Source: a bacterium (lineage in GTDB: Bacteria; UBA8248). Taken from it: DNA of 64,000 bases. A model generated the notes under the pieces. That model made no database searches. It was not told where the DNA came from and worked only from the letters and a program-made list of their open reading frames with translations. Made by a program: the position numbers and the translations under genes. Shown one piece after another: positions 33,785 through 44,168 of this stretch. Location: assembly GCA_965199855.1 (NCBI GenBank), contig OZ241326.1:2688001-2752000 (forward strand), given 5' to 3'. How positions within the stretch are numbered: position 1 is the first letter of the stretch; each line of letters begins with the position of its first letter.

Positions 33785-35214
33785 CTTCTCGCCGCCTCGA
33801 ATACGCGCTCCAGCTCCCGCTCCGCTCCCGCCCGGGAGCCTCCTCCGGAGGCGGGGCGCTTGCGCAGCACCACCACGTTCGAGCCGCGCGGCCCCCATTC
33901 TCTCGGCTCGTTCTGTCCCTGAAAAACGCAGATCGCCGGAACGCCGAGCGCCGCAGCGACGTGGGTGGGGTCCGAATCGCCGCCGATATAGAGCCGGCAG
34001 CACTTCATCACCCCCATGAGCGTCCTGAGGCCCTGAACCTTCTCGCCCATGTCCACGACCGAGCCCCGGGCGCGAACGCCCCTGATGGACGCGAGAATGG
34101 CGTCAATGACTTCCCTGTCGGCCGCCCCTCCCAGCAGCAACACCCTCGCGGAAAGATCGGAGACAAGCCGGCTGATCAGCTCCCCGTAGAGCTCCGGCCG
34201 CCAGATTCTCTCCTCGCCTCCGGCGTCCGGGTGAATCCCGATGAGAGCCTCCGCGTCGTATTCCGCCAGGGAGGAGACGCAGGCCCACGCCTGCGCCGTC
34301 TCCTCCTCGGAGAGGGCGAGCGCGGGGTTTCTCGTCTCGAAGCGGCCCAGGCCCGCGCACTCGAGCAAGTCCAGATTCCTCTCCACGTGATGCCTTCCGG
34401 GAATCTCCCCGGCCTCCGCGTCGAGGCAGAAGCCGCCCCCCCCGAGACCCCGCCCGACGAGATAGCGCGCCCCCGCGAGCCGGGCCGCTAGGATGGATTG
34501 AAAATCCCCCCGGAAATCCACCGCCAGATCGTAGGGCCCGCCGATTTCCGCCATCCTGAGCCTGAGCAGCTGCCGCAGGCGCGCCGCCGAGCGCAGGCCG
34601 AACTTCCCGCCTCCGGGCGGCCCCCGGAGCCAGGAAGCGTTGAACACGAGAAAATCCACGCCGGCCAGCTCTTTCTCCAGGCCGATGAACAGGGGGCGGG
34701 CCGATGCGCCTATCAAGAGGTCGATATGCGCGTCCGGCAGCCTTTCGCGAACCGCGCGAACGGCGGGCAGCGCGCAGACGACGCCGCCCATATTGTCGGG
34801 ACGCATCAGCAGAACGCGATGTACCTCGCTGGGTCTTTCCCTGGCTTTGGCGAACAGCGCCTCGCCCGCGAGGTCGAGGGCGCGGAGCGCCGCCCGCGCG
34901 AGGCGGCCCCGGCAAGCATAGCTCCTCTGGAAAACGGGAATCCGCCGCCGCGCTCGCCCGAAGGAGATCGTCTCCAGCGAGGGCGCGGGCGATTTCGGGG
35001 GAGGCCGCAGACGCTCGATCGGCGGCTTCCCCGGCTCTATGTCCCGAGGCGGGGGAGATTTCGGAGGCGCCTGCATCCGCCCGGGAGGCGGTTTCCCGAA
35101 GTTTCCGTTCCGGGGCGGGGGCGATTTCGGAGGAGGCCGCAGGCGCTCCTCGGCGAAGAAGCTCGCCGCGTCGAGGGGCGCTCCCTGCGCTTGCGCTTTT
35201 CCGGCTTCATCCAT
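33775..35214 (-). CDS. Glycosyltransferase family 9 (heptosyltransferase-like) with Pro-rich N-terminal repeats
   Basis: LLMRPDNMGGVV, HHVERNLDLL, IGIHP and YIGGDSDPTHVAAALGVP. Confidence 0.82.
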   Translation of the reverse strand: MDEAGKAQAQGAPLDAASFFAEERLRPPPKSPPPRNGNFGKPPPGRMQAPPKSPPPRDIEPGKPPIERLRPPPKSPAPSLETISFGRARRRIPVFQRSYACRGRLARAALRALDLAGEALFAKARERPSEVHRVLLMRPDNMGGVVCALPAVRAVRERLPDAHIDLLIGASARPLFIGLEKELAGVDFLVFNASWLRGPPGGGKFGLRSAARLRQLLRLRMAEIGGPYDLAVDFRGDFQSILAARLAGARYLVGRGLGGGGFCLDAEAGEIPGRHHVERNLDLLECAGLGRFETRNPALALSEEETAQAWACVSSLAEYDAEALIGIHPDAGGEERIWRPELYGELISRLVSDLSARVLLLGGAADREVIDAILASIRGVRARGSVVDMGEKVQGLRTLMGVMKCCRLYIGGDSDPTHVAAALGVPAICVFQGQNEPREWGPRGSNVVVLRKRPASGGGSRAGAERELERVFEAARRCV

Positions 35215-36670
35215 CGCGCGTTCCCGGGGCGAATGCGATCTTCTTCGGCAGCAGGAAATATAGCGCGCTTCGTCCTTCGGCGGAAATTCCGCCGACCAGA
35301 AAAATTCCCGCCAGATAGACGCCGCCGCCGCAAGCGAGACGAACGAAAGCCGGCGCGGGCAGCCAGAGGAGAGCCGCCCCCGCCGCGAGCGCCGCCAGAG
35401 ACGCCCGAAGCATCGACCCGAAGGGGGGCGAGGCGACCCATCGCCCCAGGATCGCCGCGCACGCGCACAGCATGACGCCCTCGGTGATGAGGCTCGCCCA
35501 GCTCGCCCCCACGAAGTCGAAGCGGGGTATGAGCAGGGCGTTGAGCGCGACGTTCAGCAGGGCGAGCGAAAGCGCGAAGCCCATGAACGCGCGCTCGCGC
35601 CCCAGGGCGACGGCGATCGTGGTCATCACGTAGAGCGCGAAATTTATCGCCACCATCCAGCAAAGAACGCGCAGGGCGGCTGAGGCCGCGAGATATTTCG
35701 CCCCATAGACCACGGAGATGATTTCGTCGGCGAATGCGAATCCGCCCAGCACCAGAGGCAGAGCCGTGACGAGGACCAGGGACAGCGCGCCGCGATAGAG
35801 CTTCGCCACCCGCTCCGCGTCTTCCGATGCGCCGGCCTCCGAGACCAGCGGCAGCAGGCTCGTCGTGAGCGCGAGCGGAATGACGCCCAGGGAGCCCGCC
35901 AGCCGCTGCGCCGCGCTGTACATCCCCGTGGAAACCGGGCCGCTCATCCACTCCAGCATCAGAATGTCGCTGCGCACGTAGGCGACCAGAAAGAAATTCG
36001 CCGCCCCCACCGGCAGAGCGGCGGCAAGCAGGCGCCTCCACAGCGCGAAATCGCGGCCGAATTCCGGACGCATCTCGCGGAAGGAGAGCCGGCCGAGAAC
36101 GAGCGCGCCCGGAACGAGCGCGAGAAACTGAATGGCGATGATCGCCGGCAGGGGCCACCGGCTCCAGGCCGCCCAGAGCAGACAGAGGGCGGAGAACGTC
36201 TCCGCCGCAATCGACGCGAGCATCGGAGTCGCCATCTTCAGCCTCGCCTCGAAGGGCAAATCGAGCGCCGAGCGCAGCGAGACGATGCGGAACGAGCCGA
36301 AAATGAAGAAGCAGGCCGCGAGCGCGGCCCAGCGAACCTCGCCCGCCGGCGCGGCGTAGAGCGCGATGAGGCAGGCCGCCAGCCAGCTCGCCAGGGACAG
36401 AACCAGCTTGAGAACGATGCCCTGGCCCCATATCGCGGGCGCGCGCGCGGCGTCTTTCGCCATTTCGCGGACGAGAACGCTGTGAAGCCCGAAGTCCGTG
36501 AAGACGGCGAACATCTCCGCGTAGGCGAAGGCGAAGGCATAGACCCCGAAGCCGCGCACCTCCAGCAGGCGCGCCAGCGCAATGATGACGCCCAGCCGGA
36601 CGAGGCGCTCGAACGCTCTGCCGAAAAACACCCAGCCCGAATTCTTCGCCGCCCGCCTCACCTCGTCCAT
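35207..36670 (-). CDS. Polysaccharide flippase (Wzx/MOP family)
   Basis: AAKNSGW, ARLL....FGVY, DFGL, GMYSAAQRL and LNALLIPRF..VGASWASLITE. Confidence 0.9.
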   Translation of the reverse strand: MDEVRRAAKNSGWVFFGRAFERLVRLGVIIALARLLEVRGFGVYAFAFAYAEMFAVFTDFGLHSVLVREMAKDAARAPAIWGQGIVLKLVLSLASWLAACLIALYAAPAGEVRWAALAACFFIFGSFRIVSLRSALDLPFEARLKMATPMLASIAAETFSALCLLWAAWSRWPLPAIIAIQFLALVPGALVLGRLSFREMRPEFGRDFALWRRLLAAALPVGAANFFLVAYVRSDILMLEWMSGPVSTGMYSAAQRLAGSLGVIPLALTTSLLPLVSEAGASEDAERVAKLYRGALSLVLVTALPLVLGGFAFADEIISVVYGAKYLAASAALRVLCWMVAINFALYVMTTIAVALGRERAFMGFALSLALLNVALNALLIPRFDFVGASWASLITEGVMLCACAAILGRWVASPPFGSMLRASLAALAAGAALLWLPAPAFVRLACGGGVYLAGIFLVGGISAEGRSALYFLLPKKIAFAPGTRDG

Positions 36671-37010
36671 GCGGCGTCCATGCGAACCATCAGGGTTTCC
36701 TCGCGGGGGGAATGCGTCTTCCCGCCGGGCGTCACCCGGCTGCCCGGCATGATGCGGGAGGAGATCAAGACGCGCGCGATCCTACTCCTCCCGGGTTGAT
36801 GACGCGCTACGCTTGACAGAGCCGGCTTTGGCGCGCTGCTCGGAAGCCTCGCGTGTTTTCGCTCGTGCGAAAACCGGCGATTCCACGCAGGCGAGGGCGA
36901 GGCGCACTCTATCCCTGGGAGCGGCCGAAGCGCAAGGCGCGCTTGACACGGGCCAGCGCGTGGGAGAACTTGCCGAGAGCCATCCATTCACCCATTCGAG
37001 GGATGAATCC

Positions 37011-37877
37011 ATGAGCCACCCCGGGGCGCGCCTGCGGGCGCTTCTGGAAGCGGGAGAGCCTGTGCTCGCCCCCGCCTGCATCGACGCCTTCAGCGCGCGC
37101 ATGGTCGAGCAGGCGGGGTTCGAGGTGAACTATCTGACGGGCAACGGCGCGTCAGCCGCGCTTCTCGGCAAGCCGGACGTGGGGTTCATGACGCTGCGCG
37201 AGGTGGCTGACGTCTGCCGCAACGTCGTCCAGGCCACCTCGATTCCCCTCATCGCCGACGCCGACGCCGGCTACGGCAACGCCCTCAACGTGGTTCGCGC
37301 CGTCCGCGAGATGGAATCGGCCGGCGCCGCCTGCATCCAGCTCGAGGATCAGGTCACGCCCAAGCGATGCGGCTTTCTGCCCGGCTCGGTGCCCGTCGTC
37401 CCGCTCAAGGAGCAGCTCGGCAAGCTGAAGGCGGCCCTCGACGCCAGAAAGAGCGAGGAATTCCTCATCCTCGCCCGCACGGACGCCGCCGCCGACCACG
37501 GGCTGGACGAGGCGATTCGCCGGGCGGCGGCCTACCGGGAGGCGGGGGCCGACCTCACGTTCATCGAGGTGGAAGGAGCCGAGGAGGAGCTCAGGAGAAT
37601 CGCGGCGGAGGTTCCCCCGCCCCGCGCGACCACGCTGGACGAATCGAGGCGCGAGGCGGCCCTGGGCGCGGAGGATCTGGGAGCGCTCGGCTTCGGCGTC
37701 CTCATCTATCCGGGCGTCGTGCGCTGCGCCTACCTGAAGGCGGTGCGGGACGTTCTGCGCATCCTCAAAGAGGAGCGATCCACGCGCTCCGCGCGCGGAA
37801 TGATGGCGACTTTCGAGGAATACAACGACGCCCTGGGCATCGCGGAAATCCGGGGGTGGGAGCGCGAATATCTGTAG
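37011..37877 (+). CDS. Isocitrate lyase/PEP mutase family (methylisocitrate lyase-like)
   Basis: DAFSAR, LGKPDVG, DADAGYG, EDQVTPKRCG and ARTDA. Confidence 0.9.
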   Translation: MSHPGARLRALLEAGEPVLAPACIDAFSARMVEQAGFEVNYLTGNGASAALLGKPDVGFMTLREVADVCRNVVQATSIPLIADADAGYGNALNVVRAVREMESAGAACIQLEDQVTPKRCGFLPGSVPVVPLKEQLGKLKAALDARKSEEFLILARTDAAADHGLDEAIRRAAAYREAGADLTFIEVEGAEEELRRIAAEVPPPRATTLDESRREAALGAEDLGALGFGVLIYPGVVRCAYLKAVRDVLRILKEERSTRSARGMMATFEEYNDALGIAEIRGWEREYL

Positions 37878-37908
37878 CGCCGGGCCGCGTCTTTCTTGGG
37901 AGCGAAAC

Positions 37909-38208
37909 ATGATTACCGTAGGAATGCATTACGAAGTCCTGCCGGGCAGGGAAAAGGAATTCGAGGAGAAATTCGAGGCCGTGGAGAACGCCCTGGAAGG
38001 ACAGGCCGGCCACGTGCGGAGCCTTCTCTATCGGCAGGTGAAGAAGCCGAATTCCTACGCCATCCTCTCGGAGTGGAGCGCGAGGGAGGATTTCACGGCC
38101 TTCATCAAAAGCGATGCGTTCCGCGCCGTCACGGACTGGGGCAAGGCGGAAATTCTCGCGGGACGGCCGAGCCACAAGGTCTATGGCCGGGAGAGCGGCC
38201 TCGACTAG
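37909..38208 (+). CDS. Antibiotic biosynthesis monooxygenase (ABM) domain protein
   Basis: GMHYEVLPGREKEFE...YAILSEW....F..F..S..F pattern; SD GGGAG. Confidence 0.8.
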   Translation: MITVGMHYEVLPGREKEFEEKFEAVENALEGQAGHVRSLLYRQVKKPNSYAILSEWSAREDFTAFIKSDAFRAVTDWGKAEILAGRPSHKVYGRESGLD

Positions 38209-38335
38209 ATCGAGAATGCGGACGCCAGCGCCCGGGGCGGCGGCCCGCAGGCTCCGCCGATGGACGAGACCCCGGATGAAGGCGTTCGCCTGAAAAGGCG
38301 CGCAGCCGCTTCCCCACCAGGAGACAGGAGAATCC

Positions 38336-39241
38336 ATGGCGCGCGAGAAGACGAAAAAAATCGGGTTTCTGGGACTGGGCCGCATGGGCGGCCTGATGAC
38401 GAAGCATCTGCTCGACGCGGGCTTCGACGTCACGGGCTACGACCCCGTCCCCAAAGCGGTCGCCGCCGCCCGGAAAAACGGAGCGAAAATCGCCAGAAGC
38501 GCCGCCTCGGCCGTCAAGGGCGCCGATGTGGTGTGCAGTTCGCTGCCCACGCCCGCCGTCGTGCGGAGCGTCTATCTCGGCGCGGGCGGCGCGCTGGGAG
38601 CGATGCGGCGCGGCGCGGTCTGCTTCGAGCTCTCGACGAGCGCCGTCGCTCTTGCCAAGGAGATCGCCGCGGAGGCCGAGAAGAAAGGCATCGCCTTTCT
38701 CGACGCGCCCGTCAGCGGCAGCGTCCCCCACCTCGAACGCAGGGAAGTGGCCGCCATCGTGGGCGGAGACAAAGGCGCGCTCGACGCCCACCGCGACGTG
38801 CTCGAGGCTTTCAGCAAATCCATCACCTACATGGGAAAAACGGGCAACGGCCTCATTATGAAGCTGGTGACGAACCACATCCTGAACATCCACCACGCGG
38901 GCATGGCCGAGGGGCTGGCGTTCGGGATGAAGGCGGGGCTTCCGGCCAGGAAAATGATGCGGTTCCTCCGGGGAAGCGCGGTTCCGCACGTCATGCACTA
39001 CAAGGGCCCGACGATGGCGGCGCGGGACTACTCCGAGGTCATCGCCAACGTGGGCGTCAGCCACAAGGACCTGGGACTGAGCATCGCCGAGGCGAACGAC
39101 CTGGGCGCGCCCGTCCCCCTGGGCGCCGCCGCGCGCCAGCAATACACCTCCGCCGTCGCGCTCGGACTCGAAGGGGCGGACTTCAACGCGGTGTTCGAGT
39201 CCTTTCTGAACGCCATGGGCGTGAGGCCGAAGAAAAAATAG
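38336..39241 (+). CDS. NAD(P)-dependent beta-hydroxyacid dehydrogenase (HIBADH/GarR family)
   Basis: GFLGLGRMG, FLDAPVSGS and KLVTN. Confidence 0.92.
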   Translation: MAREKTKKIGFLGLGRMGGLMTKHLLDAGFDVTGYDPVPKAVAAARKNGAKIARSAASAVKGADVVCSSLPTPAVVRSVYLGAGGALGAMRRGAVCFELSTSAVALAKEIAAEAEKKGIAFLDAPVSGSVPHLERREVAAIVGGDKGALDAHRDVLEAFSKSITYMGKTGNGLIMKLVTNHILNIHHAGMAEGLAFGMKAGLPARKMMRFLRGSAVPHVMHYKGPTMAARDYSEVIANVGVSHKDLGLSIAEANDLGAPVPLGAAARQQYTSAVALGLEGADFNAVFESFLNAMGVRPKKK

Positions 39242-39363
39242 GGGAGAAATTCCTCGCCTTTCATCGTCATTGCGGAGTCAATCCCGACGGAGAGGAGGGA
39301 TTCCCGCTATCCGGGGCCAAGGGACGTCCGGCGCGGCGCATGAAACTTCAGGAGTGGTGAGCC

Positions 39364-40251
39364 ATGGCGAAAACAGTCGCTTTTCTGGGTCTGGGCAACA
39401 TGGGCTCGGGCATGTCGGAGAATCTGGCGAAGGCGGGCTTCATTGTGCGCGGGTTCGACCCCGTCCCCGCCGCGCGCGAGCGGGCGGCGGCCGCAGGCCT
39501 CCGAGTGTTCGAGACGGCGGCGGAAGCCGCCTCGGGCGCGGAGGTCGTCTGCAGCTCGGTGCCGGAGGTCGCCCACGCGAGACGGGCCTATCTGGGCGAG
39601 GCCGGCGCGCTCGCGTCCGCTCCCGAGGGGGCGGTCTGCTTCGATCTATCGACCCTGACGGTCGAGGACAGCCGGGATCTCGCCGAGGAGGCGCAAAAGC
39701 GCGGCGCGCGGTTTCTCGATACCCCGGTCAGCGGAAGCGTCCCCCACGCGCGGGCGGGAACCCTCGCCATTATGGCGGGGGGCGACGAGGCCGCCCTTGA
39801 AGCCCACCGCGACGTGCTGGAGGCCTTCAGCGCCTCGATCCACTACTTCGGGGCGAACGGGGCGGGCCTCCAGATGAAGCTGGTGACGAACCACATTTTC
39901 GCGGCGCACATCTGCGCCATCGCCGAGGCGCTCACCATGGGGACGAAAGGGGGACTCGACCCGGAGCGGATGGTCGAGTTCCTGAAGGCGAGCGTCATCC
40001 CGAAAATTCTCGAATACAAGGCCTCCCCCATGATCGCCAAGGACTATGCGCCCACCTTCACGGTGAACCTCATGCTCAAGGATTTGCGCATCATCGCGGC
40101 GATGGCGGACGGCCTGGACGCGCCGATTCCCCTGGGCGCGGCGGCGCGGCAGGTCTACATGAGCGCGGCCGCTTTGGGCCACGGGGAGGCCGACCAGAAC
40201 GCCATCATCGAGTTTTTCGAGAAAAGCGCCGGCATGGATGAGCGCGGGTGA
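39364..40251 (+). CDS. NAD(P)-dependent beta-hydroxyacid dehydrogenase (tandem paralog)
   Basis: FLGLGNMG, FLDTPVSGS, KLVTN and F...LMLKDL. Confidence 0.92.
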   Translation: MAKTVAFLGLGNMGSGMSENLAKAGFIVRGFDPVPAARERAAAAGLRVFETAAEAASGAEVVCSSVPEVAHARRAYLGEAGALASAPEGAVCFDLSTLTVEDSRDLAEEAQKRGARFLDTPVSGSVPHARAGTLAIMAGGDEAALEAHRDVLEAFSASIHYFGANGAGLQMKLVTNHIFAAHICAIAEALTMGTKGGLDPERMVEFLKASVIPKILEYKASPMIAKDYAPTFTVNLMLKDLRIIAAMADGLDAPIPLGAAARQVYMSAAALGHGEADQNAIIEFFEKSAGMDERG

Positions 40252-40509
40252 GCCGGGAGGGAGCCTCTTCTCCGCTCACGCCCGAAACCGCGCGAAAGCG
40301 GAGCGAAGGCGGCGAGAAGTCCCTTTTCGGGACGCGGCGCGACTCGCTTTTCAACTCCGGCGCGAAAGGCTTGCTATTCCCGAGCATTTTGGTTTAGTAT
40401 TTCATGGAATTGCCGGGGCGGCGGATTCCGCCGAGACGGCGTCAGCCATGCGATCATACCAACCCAGCCCACCCGGATGAAACGCCGGGCGGCGAAGGAG
40501 ACGCGAACG

Positions 40510-41706
40510 ATGCCCAGAACAGGACGAGACCTGCTGGAAGCCGCGCGGAGCGAGGTGCCCGAAGTCACGGCGGAGGAGGTGAAGGCCGCCATGGAGGCAG
40601 GAAGCGCGCCCGCTCTCATCGACGTGCGCGAACCCGACGAATTCCGGGGCGGCTACCTGCCGGGGGCGGAGCACGTGAGCCGGGGGTTCCTCGAGCTCAA
40701 AATCGAGGGGGCGGTGCCAGACCGCGCGACCCCCATCGTCGCCTACTGCGCGGGCGGGGTGCGCTCCCTGCTCGCCGGCCAGGTCCTCCGGTCGATGGGC
40801 TATGAGAACGTGAAGTCCATGGCGGGCGGCTACGGGAAGTGGAAGGATCTGGGCTTTCCCGTCCAGGTGGACAGGCAGATGAGCGCGGAGCAGCTCAACC
40901 GCTACAGCCGCCACTTCCTGCTCTCCCAGATCGGAGAGAAGGGCCAGGCGAAGCTGCTGGACGCCAGGGTCGTCCTCATCGGCGCGGGCGGCCTCGGCTC
41001 TCCCACCGGGCTGTATCTGGCGGCCATGGGGGTGGGGAGCATCGGCATCGTGGACCTCGACGTGGTGGACATGAGCAACCTTCAGCGCCAGATCGTCCAC
41101 AGCAACGAGCGCGTGGGAACCTCCAAGGTGGAGAGCGCGCGCGCCGCCCTCACCGCGCTGAATCCCGACGTGAACGTCATCGCCCACGAGGAGCGAATCA
41201 ACCGGGAGAACGCCCTCGACATCCTCGAAAGTTACGACGTCATCGTGAACGGGGCGGACAACTTCCCCACCCGCTATCTCGTGAACGACGCGGCCGTCTT
41301 CCTGGGCAAACCCGTCGTGGACGCCTCCATCTTCAAGTTCGAGGGCCAGGCCACCGTCTACCACCCGGGCGCGGGCGGCCCCTGCTACCGCTGCCTCTAT
41401 CCCGAACCCCCGCCCCCCGGCATGGTGCCCTCCTGCCAGGACGCCGGCGTCCTCGGCGCGCTGTGCGGCACGATGGGCTCCATCCAGGCCACGGAGACGG
41501 CCAAGCTCATCGTGGGCTTCGGCGAGCCGCTCATCGGCAAGCTGCTGATGTATGACGCGCTCAAATCGCAGTTCCGGACGCTCAAGATCAGGCGCGACCC
41601 CGCCTGCCCCGTCTGCGGGGACAGCCCCTCCATCACGGAGCTCATCGACTACGAGTTCTTCTGCGGCCTCACGGAAGCCCCCGCCGCCCTCAACGGGGGT
41701 TCATAG
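40510..41706 (+). CDS. moeB: Rhodanese-MoeB/ThiF adenylyltransferase fusion (MoeZ-like, N-terminal rhodanese)
   Basis: IDVREPDE..YCAGGVRS rhodanese; RYSRH, GAGGLGSP, SNLQRQ, CYRC and CPVC. Confidence 0.9.
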   Translation: MPRTGRDLLEAARSEVPEVTAEEVKAAMEAGSAPALIDVREPDEFRGGYLPGAEHVSRGFLELKIEGAVPDRATPIVAYCAGGVRSLLAGQVLRSMGYENVKSMAGGYGKWKDLGFPVQVDRQMSAEQLNRYSRHFLLSQIGEKGQAKLLDARVVLIGAGGLGSPTGLYLAAMGVGSIGIVDLDVVDMSNLQRQIVHSNERVGTSKVESARAALTALNPDVNVIAHEERINRENALDILESYDVIVNGADNFPTRYLVNDAAVFLGKPVVDASIFKFEGQATVYHPGAGGPCYRCLYPEPPPPGMVPSCQDAGVLGALCGTMGSIQATETAKLIVGFGEPLIGKLLMYDALKSQFRTLKIRRDPACPVCGDSPSITELIDYEFFCGLTEAPAALNGGS

Positions 41707-41840
41707 GAGCGGGGGCGGAGAAATAGACGAGGAGAAGCGCCTAGCGGCGGAATCAGAAAGCCGGATTATCTTCTTCTTGCGCCTCCCGCGGGAATCGTCC
41801 TTCAACCGCTCGAAGGCGCGCCGCTCCCGCCTGAATCCGC

Positions 41841-42749
41841 TCATCGCGCCGCCACCTTTTTCCATTCAGGAATGAGGTTGTATTTTCGCTTTCCGCCCGC
41901 GCCCGCGCGAATCGCCTCCGCCGCCATGCGAAGATAGGACGGCTCGATGTCGTATCCCACGCATCGCCGCTTTTCCCGCAAGGCGGCGATGGCGGTTTGG
42001 CCGCTCCCCAGAAAAGGATCGAGAATCTCATCATCTTCCTGCGAGTAGAGAAGGACGAGACGGCGGACAAGCTCCTCGGGGTATGGGCATGGGTGATCGA
42101 TAGTTCGAGGCGGCACGGGCGCGATGTGCCACACGTTGTTCGCGATGTCGCGCGTGAAGAGCTCGTCTATTTCAAGGGTCTGCTTCTTCCCGCGCCTCGG
42201 CGCGCCCGGCTTGCGGAACACGAGGATGTATTCCGTCATGATGTTGGGGTAGTAGTAGCCGGCCTTGGGGCGCTGAATGAAGCTGCCCGCCCGCTTCACG
42301 CCGCCCGTCACCTTGTTCCAGATGATGTCCTGGTGAAAATCCCATCCGATATCCAGCAGGCGGCTCGTGATCATCATGGGAACGGGGTAGTGCCGTCTTT
42401 TGTATAGAATCGTGCCGACTACGACGGCGCAGAACCCGCCGGGCAGGGTTGCTCTGTGAACTTCCCTGAACGCCCGTTGGATGTTGTCGAGATAATCCTC
42501 GAACGTTCTCCCGAACGCCCCGTATTCGCGCTCCCGATGCCACGCCTCCTTGTCTCCGTTCGCGTGGATGTCGTAGTCGATGGCGTTCCAGTAGGGCGGC
42601 GAGGTGACGGTGAGGGCGATGGAATCATCGGCGCATTCGGGCATTTCGAGAGAGGAATGGCAGTAGAAGCGGTAGCCTTCTCCCTCCAAGCCTGCTTCGT
42701 ATCCGGGAGACCGCGCCAACGCCCTCCCCGTTCCGTTTGTCTCGCTCAT
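41841..42749 (-). CDS. Orphan site-specific DNA methyltransferase (N4-C/N6-A, beta-class motif order)
   Basis: Catalytic TSPPYW precedes IIWNK, HPCPYP and the SAM motif LDPFLGSG. Confidence 0.9.
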   Translation of the reverse strand: MSETNGTGRALARSPGYEAGLEGEGYRFYCHSSLEMPECADDSIALTVTSPPYWNAIDYDIHANGDKEAWHREREYGAFGRTFEDYLDNIQRAFREVHRATLPGGFCAVVVGTILYKRRHYPVPMMITSRLLDIGWDFHQDIIWNKVTGGVKRAGSFIQRPKAGYYYPNIMTEYILVFRKPGAPRRGKKQTLEIDELFTRDIANNVWHIAPVPPRTIDHPCPYPEELVRRLVLLYSQEDDEILDPFLGSGQTAIAALREKRRCVGYDIEPSYLRMAAEAIRAGAGGKRKYNLIPEWKKVAAR

Positions 42750-42918
42750 GCCATGCCCTCCCCATATTTAAGAAAAAATGTCATCCAAGGGCGGGATATA
42801 CATTTGCTTTCGGTGTCTTGCTTCCTCGGCATTGAGGAGACAAACCCATTTACAGATTCTTTGTCATGCCAGCTAAAATTCATTACGTATCGGGCTTCGA
42901 GCCGTTGCCGCGTCTCCC

Positions 42919-43830
42919 TCATCCGCCCCGGGCGGCGTGAAGGGATATGCCCCGCTCCCCCCTGCCCCGAAACTCGTTGTAGAGCTTCATCACCGCCTGC
43001 TCCACGCGGTCGGGCTTCATCCAGCCCGCATACGCTCCCAGGGGAATCTCGCGCGCGGCGCGGCGGGCGGGCGTCCCCCTCTCGAAGCGCTTCTTCGCCT
43101 CCCGGCGCACCAGCCGGAGGTAGCCCAGGGTTTCCCGAAGCGCCCGCGCGTCCCCCGGCGGCCCATGGCCGGGGACGATCGTCTCGATGGGGAAGGTTCT
43201 CAGGATTTTCCCGGCGATTCGTATCCACCCGCCGACGTGGCCGTCAAAAGTGGCGGGCGTGACGAGGTGAAAGCAGACGTCGCCCGTGAAGAGAACGCGC
43301 TCCTTCGGCAGCCAGACGAGGGTGTCGCCCGCCGAGTGCGCGTGGCCCAGGTGATGGAGCTCGACGGCGCGCCGGCCCAGGTGGAGCGTCATGCCGCCCT
43401 CATAGACGACGTCGGGGAGGCGCTGCTTCAGCCCCTTGAGTTCATCCGCGTATTCGGGGTTCACGCTCCGGTAATGCGCGAGGTCGAGGCCCGTCTCCAG
43501 CATCCGCTCGCGCGTCCGGCGGTGGGCGATGACGGGGACGTCCCGGTCGAACCAGACGAGGCCCAGGGTGTGATCCGCGTGGTGGTGGGTGCAGACGATT
43601 CTTCGCACCGGCTTTCGCGTCGCCTTCTGAATCGCGCGCTGGAAGGCCCGCGTCATGGAGGGCGCGTAGAGCGCATCGACCACGAGGGCGTCCCGGTCGC
43701 CCACGACCAGCCCCGCGTTCGAGACGTTCAGCCCGCCCGCCTGAACGTAGGCATAGACGCCGGGGGCGACGCGCCGCAGCCCCGTTTTCCACCTGGAAGG
43801 CATTTGACGATCCGCCCGGGCCATCTCCAT
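42919..43830 (-). CDS. MBL-fold metallo-hydrolase (cyclase-like)
   Basis: SNAGLVVG, THHHADH, AHSAGD, LFTGD and VPGHG. Confidence 0.9.
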   Translation of the reverse strand: MEMARADRQMPSRWKTGLRRVAPGVYAYVQAGGLNVSNAGLVVGDRDALVVDALYAPSMTRAFQRAIQKATRKPVRRIVCTHHHADHTLGLVWFDRDVPVIAHRRTRERMLETGLDLAHYRSVNPEYADELKGLKQRLPDVVYEGGMTLHLGRRAVELHHLGHAHSAGDTLVWLPKERVLFTGDVCFHLVTPATFDGHVGGWIRIAGKILRTFPIETIVPGHGPPGDARALRETLGYLRLVRREAKKRFERGTPARRAAREIPLGAYAGWMKPDRVEQAVMKLYNEFRGRGERGISLHAARGG

Positions 43831-43967
43831 CTCCTCTCTCGCCTCCGGTTTCTCATTCTACGCCCTTGCGCGCGATTGACCAGCCCCCGCCGGACGGCAT
43901 CGGGGCGCGCGCGAGGCGCGCTTCACGGATGCTCAGGGAATTTTCACGCGACGGGAAGGATGCGTCG

Positions 43968-44168
43968 ATGCGCCTGTCGTTCGATCACGCGCGCGTCATC
44001 CGCGAGGATAAGGAGAGAATGATCGCCTGGTTCGGGGACGTCTTCGGCGGCGAGGCAGTCTGTCGGGAGGAGAATTTTCATGCCCCCGGCGTCAAGGCCC
44101 GGGACGGGAGCGCCAAAGGCCTTAGACCTGCCTGTGGCCATACCTCGCGGGCAAGCCGTTTCCGTTGA
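43968..44168 (+). pseudogene. Possible truncated VOC/glyoxalase-family remnant
   Basis: MRLSFDHARVIREDKERMIAWFGDVFGGE resembles a VOC N-terminus, then degenerates into the end of ino1; SD-like GGAAGG. Confidence 0.35.
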
